In this document: positions 1 to 9,920 of the stretch, piece by piece
How the letters are laid out: each line of letters opens with the position of its first letter
How positions within the stretch are numbered: the stretch's first letter is position 1
Source of the DNA: Epithemia pelagica
Taxonomy: Eukaryota > Protista > Bacillariophyta
Length of the DNA: 64,000 nucleotides
Direction: 5' to 3'
Assembly (NCBI GenBank): GCA_946965045.2
Contig: OX337229.1
Coordinates: 2,046,001 to 2,110,000 of the forward strand
Program-made: the position numbers and the translations under genes
Notes under the pieces: generated by a model
Seen by the model: the letters and a program-made list of their open reading frames with translations, nothing else
Told to the model about the DNA's origin: nothing
Databases searched by the model: none

Positions 1-98
1 TTTTCTGCTTTGGATTTCTTTTTCTTGGGTTCGCTCTCAACGGTTTCTCCACTTTTCAAAGATTGCTCAGCGCGCTTCCGTAAGCGTTCGCTTCTCAT
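1..98 (-). CDS. 5' end of an unknown Lys-rich protein running off the window edge
   Basis: Minus strand reads TTCACC-ATG then MRSERLRKRAEQSLKSGETVESEPKKKKSKAE with no stop to the edge. Too short to assign. Confidence 0.4.
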   Translation of the reverse strand, partial: MRSERLRKRAEQSLKSGETVESEPKKKKSKAE

Positions 99-970
99 GG
101 TGAACAGAAGAGCCTGGACGAGGACAAAAGGAAACAGCTACTACAACTGCCAAGATCTCTCGACAAACTCGAAAGGGATCAACACCAGAGTTCTCTGCGG
201 GAAAAGTAGCGAATGGAGTCAAAGCATCAACGACGATCTCCTTACTTCTCGCGGATTAGCCCCCGAACCCGAATGATTTTTGAAATGGCGATACTCTTTG
301 CTCGACAGTGCGACAACTCAAGAAGCACTGCATATCATGTGAGAGACAAACCAAGTCGATCAAAGAGAGAGGACGAAATCTTCCCTCCGATCGCTCATGT
401 CGCGCCGGCCCTGTCGAAGCTGGCCTATGTGACGTTAAATAGCACTTATAGTAAAGTATTGGGTGTGCAGAGAATGCGAAGATTTTTGGCGTTGTGGTGC
501 GCGAAAAACTTTAACGTATTTTGTAGGAGATTCAATTCAGGTAAATGAACGTTAACTTATTTAGGAAGGGTGATCGCAGATAAGACCATGTGTACAAGCC
601 TTCGTACGTAGTACGTCTATTTCGTTTTTGGTTTTTGGCCTAAAGCTACATTATTTAAAACAATGGCCTTACAGTAGCAAGAATAAATACCAAGACAATA
701 GTCTAACGAGCTGGGACACCCAGGATTTTTGTGGTGATCCACAGTTTTCTGTCTTGTCCGACATCCTACCAATAGTAACTTAACGGTATGATGAACGCCG
801 TCCGATACGAAATATTTCGTAACACGATTTGAATCATCCGTTGGATGTTGCCAATCGACTTTAACCGCTACTTACACGTTAAATCAAGATATCCTACAGT
901 TTTTACATATTTATAGTGTATGGATTAGTGTAGAATAATTTTGATTATAGAGTAGAAGTACACTAATAGG

Positions 971-1298
971 GTGTGTGGATGTTTGTGGACGTTTGTGGAT
1001 CCACACACATCCACACACATCCACACGCATCCACACACATCCACACACATCCACACACATCCACTGACATCCACTGTGGATTTTTGTGGATATTTGTGGA
1101 TCCACATTTATCCACAAATATCCACATTTATCCACGTGGACGTTTGTGGATCCACATTCATCCACGTGGACGTTTGTGGATCCACAAACGTCCACGTGGA
1201 TCCACATGTGGATTTTTGTGGATTTATGTGGATTTTTGTGGATATTTGTGGTCCACAAATATCCACAAAAATCCACATTCATCCACAATCATCCACAC
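971..1298. repeat. Left subterminal array of TGTGGA/TCCACA motifs in both orientations
   Basis: Dozens of GTGGA/TCCAC units, GTGGATCCAC and CCACGTGG palindromes, and a perfect 42-bp palindrome at 1160-1201. Confidence 0.9.
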
Positions 1299-2016
1299 AA
1301 GGCCCGCTGGACCGAAGAGCGACAAGGAACGCACCAGGGGTATTATCCGCAGTATCATCCGGGACAGGCGTCGTATCGTCCCAATCCATTTCGACGCCGG
1401 GGAAGCACCGAAAGTGGAATCCATCGAACCCAATTCTTTGAGGGTCATTTCGAGCCCGTGGACGACACGTCACTGGAATTGTTTGAGTCCGACATTCATT
1501 ACGTCTAAGAAACGGGGGCGCTATTATTGGTGTTTTTATTATTTGTGTGTCTGTTCCTGTGTACCCCGTGCTTTGGTACGGTGGGAATCCATTCCAGTCG
1601 ACGGATTCCGGGGAATATTATTTCTGGACGAGACTCGCTTTGCAACAGTTGCGATGCTCTGTTTCCTTCGCTTTATTTTAGTTTGGACGGTGCATGGCAT
1701 TGGCTCGGCACCCATCACTGTCTACCATGTGTGGTATGTCATCCTTCCTTTGTGGTTGTACAGCTGTCATACCTGTGTAATAATGGTACCAGTGGGTCCA
1801 GGGGATATAATAGGCCATATTGTCTCTGTAGAATCTTAATACTTTTTCATCCTCATGCGTCAAGTGCTTAGTGTTTAAATGATTGGGATGAAGAGTACGT
1901 ATGTCTCTATGAACGAACAGCCCTTTGTCCCACGGTACAAACTGGCATCCTTTCGTCACCTCCGAGTTGGAGCTCACCGCCAACGACAAGTATTCAATCA
2001 TTTTTTTGTGATGAAC

Positions 2017-2163
2017 TCAACGATCGGGACCAAGAAGGCTTCTGCAGTAGTTCTCTTCCGCCTCCGTGTCTCCATCCATCCGAGTCCAGTCCCAAAAAGG
2101 AATCGAAATTACTTTCCAGCCCATATTTTCCAATAGCCGTCGCTTCAATGCCGTTGGTCCATT
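2017..2163 (-). pseudogene. C-terminal fragment of a RAP-domain protein inside the TIR element
   Basis: Manual translation (not in the ORF track): NGPTALKRRLLENMGWKVISIPFWDWTRMDGDTEAEENYCRSLLGPDR*. Fits the RAP pattern G.T.LK.RLL...GW.V..IP.W.W; lacks the upstream IEVDG..HF part and has no ATG ahead of the motif (in-frame stop about 22 codons upstream). Confidence 0.7.
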
Positions 2164-2388
2164 GGTACATTGAATTTTCCCATCCCATGGTCGTTTCTTC
2201 TTCTGTATCCTCCTCTTTTTTCTTCTTCTCGAAGCTCAACCTGCTTGTGATTGCCCCACGGCTATTGATTGATTGTTGTATTTTGTTCAGCGAGTTGTTG
2301 ATGGTTTTGATCGCATTCTCTTCTTATCGCCACCCAGCGATGACAGGATAGCATCGATTCCCTTGCGTGTAAAGAATTTTTCATTCTT

Positions 2389-2655
2389 GTGTGGATGTTT
2401 GTGGATGTTTGTGGATGCACGCGTGCAATGTGGATGTTTGTGGATCCACATGCGTCCACAAACATCCACAGTGGATGAATGTGGATCCACAAACGTCCAC
2501 GTGGACGTTTGTGGACGCTTGTGGGGCTTTGTGGATCCGCAAACGTCCACAAACATCCACGTGGACGTTTGTGGATCCACAAAGCCCCACAAGCGTCCAC
2601 AAACATCCACAGTGGGTCCACAAACATCCACAGTGGATCCACAAAGCCCCACACC
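2389..2655. repeat. Right subterminal array of TGTGGA/TCCACA motifs
   Basis: Same units as the left array (GTGGATCCAC, TCCACGTGGACGTTTGTGGA) in mixed orientation. Confidence 0.9.
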
Positions 2656-3717
2656 TTGACTGTACAAAAATTAATTATTGAAATTCTCTAGAGTATTGTA
2701 ATTCAATTGATCTACAAAGACGTTAAGCACGCATCGCCGACAACAGTTTCCCTAAGTACCGATCGAGTAGGCACGTGCTTTGAGTCGTGATACCATTTCG
2801 CTAAAGGATGGCATCCTCGATAGACTGACAGCACAGAAATACCGTACACGAACATCTGTCATCTCGTCATCATGGACATTCTGGATTTTTGTTGTTCTCC
2901 ACAATTTTCCTGGGTGTCCCTGGGCGAGATGTTCGTGACGAACGGTCTAACAACATGCGGCAATGGATTTAGATAGGTAGAGCTACTCCTCTATGAGAAA
3001 ACCGATAGACATAAAGGAATTGGACATGCAATTGACAATCAATTCACAAGCAGAAAACACGCGAGGGAGAATTGACGATAATCAACATTCTATCACTGCA
3101 ATATCATCTTTCAGTCTTTCATAGTCGAGTTAATCACAAACATTTTTTGTGCCGCTCCTTGGAATGCTTGAGCAGAACTGTGAAGTGCAACTCACCATGC
3201 CTTTGCCACGACAACAATGAATATATCGATTCTGTGATCATCTCTGTTATTATTTGAGGAGGAGTATCAATTATGTCCACCACAGCACTTATCCAATTGC
3301 TCTCACCAAGATGACGATGCTCCTGTCTCGTCGCGGGTTGATTCCGTCTGGACGAAGGTGATCTCTAGCTAGACCGGTGGAATCCTTGTAGGCAAAGGCT
3401 GATAAAGGAGATTGATTTGCTAATTTTGTTGAGAATCCGGAGCACAAACTAGTTTGGGCATGGCAATTCGGCAACACAACCGATTTCTTTGTGTGTGACT
3501 ATACACTATGTTCATGAAAATGTAATCCATCGCTTTTGAAATAATGAGCACCGCGGGCTCTCCATCAGTGCTTTGGTCCGAGTATATTTGCATAACGTCG
3601 GACCGATTTCGGACTCTACAAGAGAAAAAATCAATACCATTGCATGCGAAAAAAAGACCCAAGAAAGACGTATCCCGATGGATCACGGTGATCGTACATG
3701 TCTGAAGCTCTCTTCCT

Positions 3718-4056
3718 CTACTCTTGTTTTCGGCCAAACCACCGCGACCATATTCCTTTGGACTCGCACTGTTCCTTGTCGGTTGCTGTGGAATTGGCCA
3801 GTTCATCCAATTTTCTCAGTTGTTCTCGATAGGCTTCTCGTTGTTCTTTTTGTTCATTGTGAATTCGTTCTTGTTCCATAATTTGTTCCCGCAGCCCCGT
3901 TGTAGGATTGGGCGGATACTCAATGTATTTCCAATAATCGGCGGACGCCTTTTGTCGGACTGGATCACTGTAGTACCATGACGCCAAAAGTGGGATACCC
4001 AGATATAATGTAAACTTGAATCCTTCAATCCAAAGGCCCGTTTTTCCCTTGGCCAT
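3718..4056 (-). CDS. PET100: PET100-like mitochondrial cytochrome c oxidase assembly factor (112 aa)
   Basis: MAKGKTGLWIEGFKFTLYLGIPLLASWYYSDP followed by a charged coiled-coil; matches the PET100 pattern (E.FKF..Y...P + single TM). ATG at 4056. Confidence 0.7.
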   Translation of the reverse strand: MAKGKTGLWIEGFKFTLYLGIPLLASWYYSDPVRQKASADYWKYIEYPPNPTTGLREQIMEQERIHNEQKEQREAYREQLRKLDELANSTATDKEQCESKGIWSRWFGRKQE

Positions 4057-4469
4057 GATGTTGTTCAAGATTGTGTTGTCGCTGGACTTGTTGCTTACTT
4101 GTGGTGCTGGACAGTTGGAATCAATAGACCGCCATGTTCCTTGGTGACTCACAAGGACGAAATAATAGACGGCGCATCTCATTTTCGATGTTTTACTATA
4201 GAATTAAAGTGTGGGTCTTTTGTACACAAAACGGAATAGTACTGTGAAATATGAGGTACTCTTCCGAATTGATAACTGCGACATGAAAAGCCGTTATATG
4301 CCGGTTATTACGTCGCCTTTCCAATGAGAAGTTTGGCATTGTCTCAAAAACAGGACAAAGGTTCTACCCTGCCTCCTGTCTCCTTTTGTTGTTGAAGTCC
4401 AGAGGACGCCCGAGCCCCGGAGCCTTCTCCTTGTCTGTACTCTGCCTCTGCGTACTGGTGCTGTCTACC

Positions 4470-5330
4470 ATGGGTGCCTCATCAGTGGCGAAAGACCATC
4501 CGTGGGAATATTTGGGGGCATCGGCCATGGCAGCGACATTGAATTATCCATTATGGCGTGCCAGTGCGGTGGGTCAATCGGGGTTTGTGGTGACGCCCAT
4601 TCTGATTGCGGGTCGATGGTCGGTGCCGGCTCCCTGGTCGACCTATGTGTATGCCTTTTTGCCACCCTACAAGGGTGGATTGGCGACAGTATTGGGCATG
4701 ACATGGGCTCGTGCCGCCATTTTTTGGGGATCCGACTATGGTCGCATGTTCCTGTCACAACAGGGTGCACCCAGTTGGGTCGCCACCGTCTTGCCGCCGC
4801 TGTTGGTGTCCACGGCCGTTCAATGTGTCAACATGCCGCTCGTACGAGCCACGATTACCTTGCAAAATCCCCAATGCGAACACAATTTTCGCAACGTTCC
4901 AGAATCCATGATGCACATTTACAAAACCCATGGATGGTCTGGACTGTGGCACGGCACGTCGGCAGGAATATTAAAAACGGTTCCAAAGTATTGCACAGCT
5001 GTGGTTGTAAAGGATGTGATGGACGACGTTTTACCCAAGGCGCACACACCCTCGGACTACTTGTGGCGTTCGGCATGCAAATCCTGTGCGGCCGGGTTGG
5101 CGGGGGCCGCCTTGACCAATCCCTTTGATGTGATTCGCAATGAAATGTTCAAATCCAATACAAGTTTGACCGAAACCGTTCAACATTTGTACAAGACAGA
5201 AGGTTGGGCCTTTTTGTCCAGAGGGCTGGGAAAGAACATGGTGGCCGTGGCCATTCCAGTGTCGTGTACCATTTTCCTTACGGATGCCTTGATTCAATGG
5301 TCGTCGCCATTGCAACGGCAAAGACTGTAG
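4470..5330 (+). CDS. Mitochondrial carrier family (SLC25) protein
   Basis: Three repeats with P-x-[DE/W/V]-x-x-[RK] signatures (NYPLWRAS, NMPLVRAT, TNPFDVIRNE) and GLWHG/FLSRG motifs; ATG chosen at 4470. Confidence 0.85.
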   Translation: MGASSVAKDHPWEYLGASAMAATLNYPLWRASAVGQSGFVVTPILIAGRWSVPAPWSTYVYAFLPPYKGGLATVLGMTWARAAIFWGSDYGRMFLSQQGAPSWVATVLPPLLVSTAVQCVNMPLVRATITLQNPQCEHNFRNVPESMMHIYKTHGWSGLWHGTSAGILKTVPKYCTAVVVKDVMDDVLPKAHTPSDYLWRSACKSCAAGLAGAALTNPFDVIRNEMFKSNTSLTETVQHLYKTEGWAFLSRGLGKNMVAVAIPVSCTIFLTDALIQWSSPLQRQRL

Positions 5331-5498
5331 GGACGAAATGAACGACAAACTTTATCCATCAATGACCAATGGAGGTGAGCAAGTGATGAACGACAAAGAC
5401 ACACAACAGTCTTGTCTTGTTCATGAAAGCTATCATACAATTATAAGTAGTTACAGTATAGAAGACAAGTGCCAAAAGCAAAACCGGGAAGTGTCGTG

Positions 5499-6530
5499 TT
5501 ATAACGTCTCCTCTTGCTGGGAAAGACGCAATTCCTCGAGTCGCTTTCTTTGATAGGCCTCACCTGTCAGTAGATTCTCGGCGCCTCCTACAGCAATCAA
5601 AAATGGGTCCTTTTCGTCTTCCTCGTCCTCATTGGCATGTTCCTCAGGAGAGTCATATTGCTTCTGGTTCGATAAATCCCCTGCCTGTGAATGAGTAAGT
5701 TCATTCTCGTCCTCTTCTTCTTCTTCTTCTTCATCGTCCGACCCGGTGGGTGGTGGATGGTTGTTGGATCGACCTGGTGCACGGCTGGTTGCTGTCGCTC
5801 CATAATATTCTCTTTCCTCAAGGCGTTCCAATGTCCGTCGTTGTCGCAAGGATAATTTGGGTAAAGGCATTGCCAAGGTATCGTCGTCAGCTTCATCGTC
5901 GGATGCAGGCAAGGCTGGTTCCTTGACACACATGGCACAGACTCGAAGGTATATGCGTCCTTCTTCCTCTTCCTCTGACTCAAGGTCGTGTTCGTCATTG
6001 TCTTCATTCTCAACGTCGTTCATGTCATTGTCTCCAGAGGCATCCTGATCCGCCGTCTCATGGTCAACGTCGACGACACTACATTGTCGTTCATCATCCT
6101 GCGAGGCGACTGAGGTATTTTCACCTTCTTCTCCTTCTTCTTCTTCATTATCTTGCTGATCTACTGGATCCTCTTCCAGTTCTCGTTCTATTGATGACTT
6201 TGGCTGGTTCCATTCCTGAAGCAAGGCCTTGGCCTTGGTCGAGTGTTGCGTGCATTTGTCACAAATGGAATGATAGGCAGCCATGACATTTTTGCGACTA
6301 CATATATTGCATTTTCCTGGTTGTGTTCGAGGCTTGTATTTCCGATATTGTTTCCTCCATTCAATCTTGTCATGACAACGTCGACAGACATGCACATTGG
6401 GCGACGACAAGATTTTCTCCGTCGTTTTGGACTTGGGGTTGTGACGAAAGGCAAACTTATTCTGATGGGCTGGAATCGGACCCTTTTTCTTTTTCTTCTT
6501 GCTAGCATTCGCGGCGTGATTCTTGGGCAT
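5499..6530 (-). CDS. DUF2039 / C9orf85-like Zn-finger protein with long acidic tail (343 aa)
   Basis: HQNKFAFRHN...VCRRCHDKIEWRKQYRKYKP...KCNIC....V..AYH.IC..C is the DUF2039 signature; ATG at 6530. Confidence 0.85.
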   Translation of the reverse strand: MPKNHAANASKKKKKKGPIPAHQNKFAFRHNPKSKTTEKILSSPNVHVCRRCHDKIEWRKQYRKYKPRTQPGKCNICSRKNVMAAYHSICDKCTQHSTKAKALLQEWNQPKSSIERELEEDPVDQQDNEEEEGEEGENTSVASQDDERQCSVVDVDHETADQDASGDNDMNDVENEDNDEHDLESEEEEEGRIYLRVCAMCVKEPALPASDDEADDDTLAMPLPKLSLRQRRTLERLEEREYYGATATSRAPGRSNNHPPPTGSDDEEEEEEEDENELTHSQAGDLSNQKQYDSPEEHANEDEEDEKDPFLIAVGGAENLLTGEAYQRKRLEELRLSQQEETL

Positions 6531-6783
6531 GGTCGGGTTGTTTTGCTGTTTTATGAAAAGTGACAAGGTCTCTTGACATGAACGAGACCAGAGAAAGACA
6601 AAAAGTTTGTGAGAAAAGTGACAGGATGGGTGGTTGATCGCTAGCAAGTCTTGCTGTCGACCGTCATTTTTCAAGTTGGCAATATGGACGGATAGTATGG
6701 TTGAGGTAGAGGGTTGCACAAGTCGTTAGCACGAGGCAACAAACAGAATGGAAAGAGATTAACCTTTCACTTAGAATGCTGCG

Positions 6784-7530
6784 TTATTCTACAGCGTCAT
6801 TGTTTGGACTACCCCCGCCATAGGCTGTGGCTGGTCGTCGTCTTCTTCGTGCGCGAGAAATGGCCAGGTCGAGTTCTTGCATGGACACAAAGACGGATCT
6901 GGCCTTGGACATGTCTACAGCTTTTTGCTTTTTCCCTCGCCCCAGTACAATTCGTCCGTCCACCAAAACTTCAAAGGTTGGTTCTTCGTCGCCTACTTCG
7001 ACATCGGCCAAGATTCGTCGTTCAATCATAACGTCAGGGTGGCTTGCTTTCAGTTTCTTGGCCACTGTCAAAAAATACGGTTTGAGACCGGAATCGCCCG
7101 AGTAACGAATTGTCACCACGACGCGTTTATCTTGCATGGTCATGTATTTGTCAAAGGAGAGTTGAGGGGCTTGTGTCAAACCCATCAATTCATCCGATGT
7201 TGTTATTGTCGCTCCTGTGGCGCTCGAATTGGTTGTGCTGGTCGACAACGTCGTCACGTTAATCATGCCATCTTGAACAATAGAAGCAGCATCTCCATTC
7301 ACAGTCCCAGCGGCTCGTGCAATCCGGTAGCTCCGCGGAAGGCTGCTGGAAGCAAAGATTGGTTTTACGGCACCCTGGATTGCAAATGTCCATGCATAAG
7401 TTTCTCGACCCAACAAAAGATGCAAGACGGCGAAGGCGATTAGCGAACTGAAAAATTGATAACAACTTGTCGCCCTTGATATCCTATTCGTTGTCGTCAT
7501 GGTCATGGTGTGTGTTTTTGAAGAGTCCAT
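6784..7530 (-). CDS. Rdx-family (SelW/SelT/SelH-like) protein, probably plastid-targeted, with SxxS in place of CxxU/C
   Basis: VTIRYSGDSGLKPYF...LKASHPDV...FEVLVDG resembles the Rdx fold; N-terminal hydrophobic signal followed by TYA-WTF (ASAFAP-like). Start could be 7530, 7506 or 7500. Confidence 0.65.
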   Translation of the reverse strand: MDSSKTHTMTMTTTNRISRATSCYQFFSSLIAFAVLHLLLGRETYAWTFAIQGAVKPIFASSSLPRSYRIARAAGTVNGDAASIVQDGMINVTTLSTSTTNSSATGATITTSDELMGLTQAPQLSFDKYMTMQDKRVVVTIRYSGDSGLKPYFLTVAKKLKASHPDVMIERRILADVEVGDEEPTFEVLVDGRIVLGRGKKQKAVDMSKARSVFVSMQELDLAISRARRRRRPATAYGGGSPNNDAVE

Positions 7531-7749
7531 CGAGTGCGTGTGGGGATGAGACCGAAACCACACGCGTGAAGAATCTCGTGCAGTCACGGTTCACGGTCAC
7601 GAGTCACGAGGACGGGTCAGTCACGGACCTCCATAGGCGACCGCAAGCTATCGATGCTATGAGAAAATGAGCATCGAGAACCTCCTCTAGAGTCATCGTC
7701 GTGACCAAGACAGTCTTTCGTGTTTGCCAAAAGCGAAAGACGTGTAAGG

Positions 7750-8137
7750 AGCGAAGGAATACTTAGACAGCGGTATCACTTACAGTAGGACTAGCTTGGA
7801 CTCTCGAGGTGATCAAGCTCTTGAGGGCAAGCCAGTAGGACGGATCTAGATCAGTTGTAACTCAATAGGACAATTTCTAAGATTGTGAGCATTAAACTAA
7901 ATTGATCTGTCGACATGATCTTGTGAATTTCCAATTTGGAAATTCACACACATGGTTAGTACATGTAGCACATGAGAATCACATGACAAGCACATGAGTA
8001 GCACATAGTCTAGCCGACTGCCAAATTTGCTACCACATAATGTGCTTGTGACTGAACGTTCAACCCACATAATGTGTTCCACATTATGTGTTACACATGC
8101 ACATTGTGACCGGTTAGATTCACAAGATTCCTCAACT
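7750..8137 (-). repeat. 3' LTR of outer copia (388 bp, AG...CT ends)
   Basis: No differences seen by eye versus 23357-23744; identity stops exactly at both ends. Confidence 0.95.
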
Positions 8138-8146
8138 CTCCCTCTC
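8138..8146 (-). other. Polypurine tract of outer copia (GAGAGGGAG)
   Basis: Purine run on minus directly abutting the 3' LTR. Confidence 0.8.
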
Positions 8147-8157
8147 ACAATGTGGCA

Positions 8158-9116
8158 TCACCATCCTTGATTTTGCAAACGATTGGCGGTGAACTTTTCC
8201 AACACAAGTCCTTTCGTGAGATAATCGGCGCGTTGATCGTGGGTGCTGATCTTGGAAACAGTTGCTGTGCCATTGTTGATGTACTCCCAAAAGAAGTGGA
8301 GTTTGCAATTCAACCACTTGGATCGTTCAGTCAAACGTTGGTTGTTCGCTAGGAGGAACGCGGAGTTATTGTCTTCAAATACTTCGGCATGGATCTTGGG
8401 TGTCTCAGTTTCAAACTTCAAGCAGTCGACCATATCTTGTAAAACTCGTTGCACAACAATCAACTGTCTCATTGCGGCGGATAAGGCAACGTACTCCGCA
8501 TGAAAGGTGGAGAGAGCAGTTTCAGACTGAAGCTGAGACTTCCACAACAGAGGGCTCCCACAGAAGAACAAGATGTACCCGGTGCGAGACTTGGTGCTTG
8601 CCGGATTGTCTTGTTGTTCGCGGCCATGGAGGCCGGCGAAGTCGGCATCGACGTAACAGTCGATCTTGTAGTTGGTGTTGGGAGTGAAGATGGTACCTTG
8701 GTTCACGGTACCGGAGAGATACCTGACAATCATCTTTATTGCAGAGGCATGGGATTGTTTGGGGTTAGCTCCGAAGCGAGCGACTTGGCTCACGGCGTAG
8801 GTGATGTCCGGTCTCGTGTTGGTTGAGAGATAAAGGAGCATCCCAACAACCGACGAGTAGGACCAGGACTCTTTCATTGGGAGCCCGTCAGGGTCAGAAC
8901 CAAGGGCTGCAGTGGAGGCTGGTGTTTTGTCGGCGTTGCAGTTTTCAAGTCCAGTGGCTTTGATGATCTTGTTGATCAAGCCTGGTTGAGTCATCGTGAT
9001 GGTGTTGGATGACTTGTCAACCACAAACTTGATACCAAGGTACTCGGCAAAGTCTCCATCCTGCGTCAACTCGAATCCCTTTTTGTTGAGTCTGTTCACG
9101 AACTCGTCGATGGCTT
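8158..9116 (-). CDS. 3' part of outer Gag-Pol: RT C-terminus and RNase H
   Basis: YLGIKF, YSSVVGMLLYL..NTRPDI, YVDADFAG, TALSTFHAEYVALS, FEDN, QRADYLTKG; in frame with 16914-22917 once the nested element and one TSD copy are removed. Confidence 0.95.
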
Positions 9117-9121
9117 GTTGA

Positions 9122-9905
9122 TGTTAGAATTCTCACCGTCTATGGTGGTTAGATTCTACATCTCATCGATTCCCCATGTCACATAGCCTCGTGCTATCGC
9201 ATCATGCCATCTAGCTTCGAGTTATGTTCCCTAGCTTCGCGCTATATCGACCTATATTCCTTCGCATTTCATGAAAAGTGAGAACAGAATGACGACATGC
9301 TCGCGGACCTTTAATTTCGGCCATGGCATGCTCGCAATGCGCGCATTATCAACAACCGCTCGGAAATTAACTATGGCCCTACACGTGCGCGCCCAATATT
9401 CTCAAGCGCGCGCAACTACTATCCGAGTGCGCATCTCCACGACTTAGCTCAACGGCCTAAGTAATCGAAGCACGATTCGAGATCACGCGAGACCATATTT
9501 CCATTCCCACAATTCCAAAAATGCAATCAGCAACGCGCCAAGAAAACTACCTATATCGCAACAAAGCAAGAGCTGTTGGCATTGGTATATGATATACAAG
9601 TGCATATACTTCCAATACACAATATCCATGTCTACTCCAACCAGACCAGTCCTGTCAGCGCCATGAATATATCAGTCATGCACCCTGGCCAGACCTGCAC
9701 ATCAAAACACACACCGTAGTCCTAAAGCTCACAATCTAACAATATCACCATTTATCACATCTTCTTTTGTGTCCCGACTATCCTTTTGATAGACTTCGAC
9801 TTGCTTGCTTCTCTGACCCTGAGAAGCTTGTATCGGTTGGTGACCTACCTGATTGTCTGCTCTACCGAGCATCAATGTCCCTACGATTCAGAAAGAATTG
9901 TAACA
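9122..9905 (+). repeat. 5' LTR of inner copia
   Basis: TG...CA ends with 5-bp terminal inverted repeat; no differences seen versus 16130-16913. Confidence 0.95.
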
Positions 9906-9920
9906 GATTAACAGTCTCAC
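9906..9920 (+). other. Putative primer-binding site of inner copia, complementary to tRNA-Asn(GUU) positions 26-40
   Basis: GATTAACAGTCTCAC directly after the LTR; its complement G-UGAGA-CU-GUU-AA-UC reads as an anticodon arm. Confidence 0.7.

Larger units (their letters stand above)
961..2662. mobile_element. Non-autonomous TIR DNA transposon (1702 bp) carrying captured gene fragments
   Basis: TA at 959-960 and 2663-2664; left end CACTAATAGGGTGTG, right end (reverse complement) CAGTCAAGGTGTG; both ends followed by arrays of TGTGGA/TCCACA motifs; no transposase ORF. Superfamily ambiguous (Tc1/mariner-like TA+CAGT versus CACTA/EnSpm-like subterminal repeats). Confidence 0.7.

Noticed and set aside
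911-1441. Many overlapping ORFs rich in VDVCG/HPQ/MWI
   Set aside because: Translation artefacts of the TGTGGA/TCCACA array (same at 2262-2691).
971-2655. Possible CRISPR array or telomeric repeat
   Set aside because: No constant-length repeats with unique spacers; mixed orientation; unit is not TTAGGG-like.
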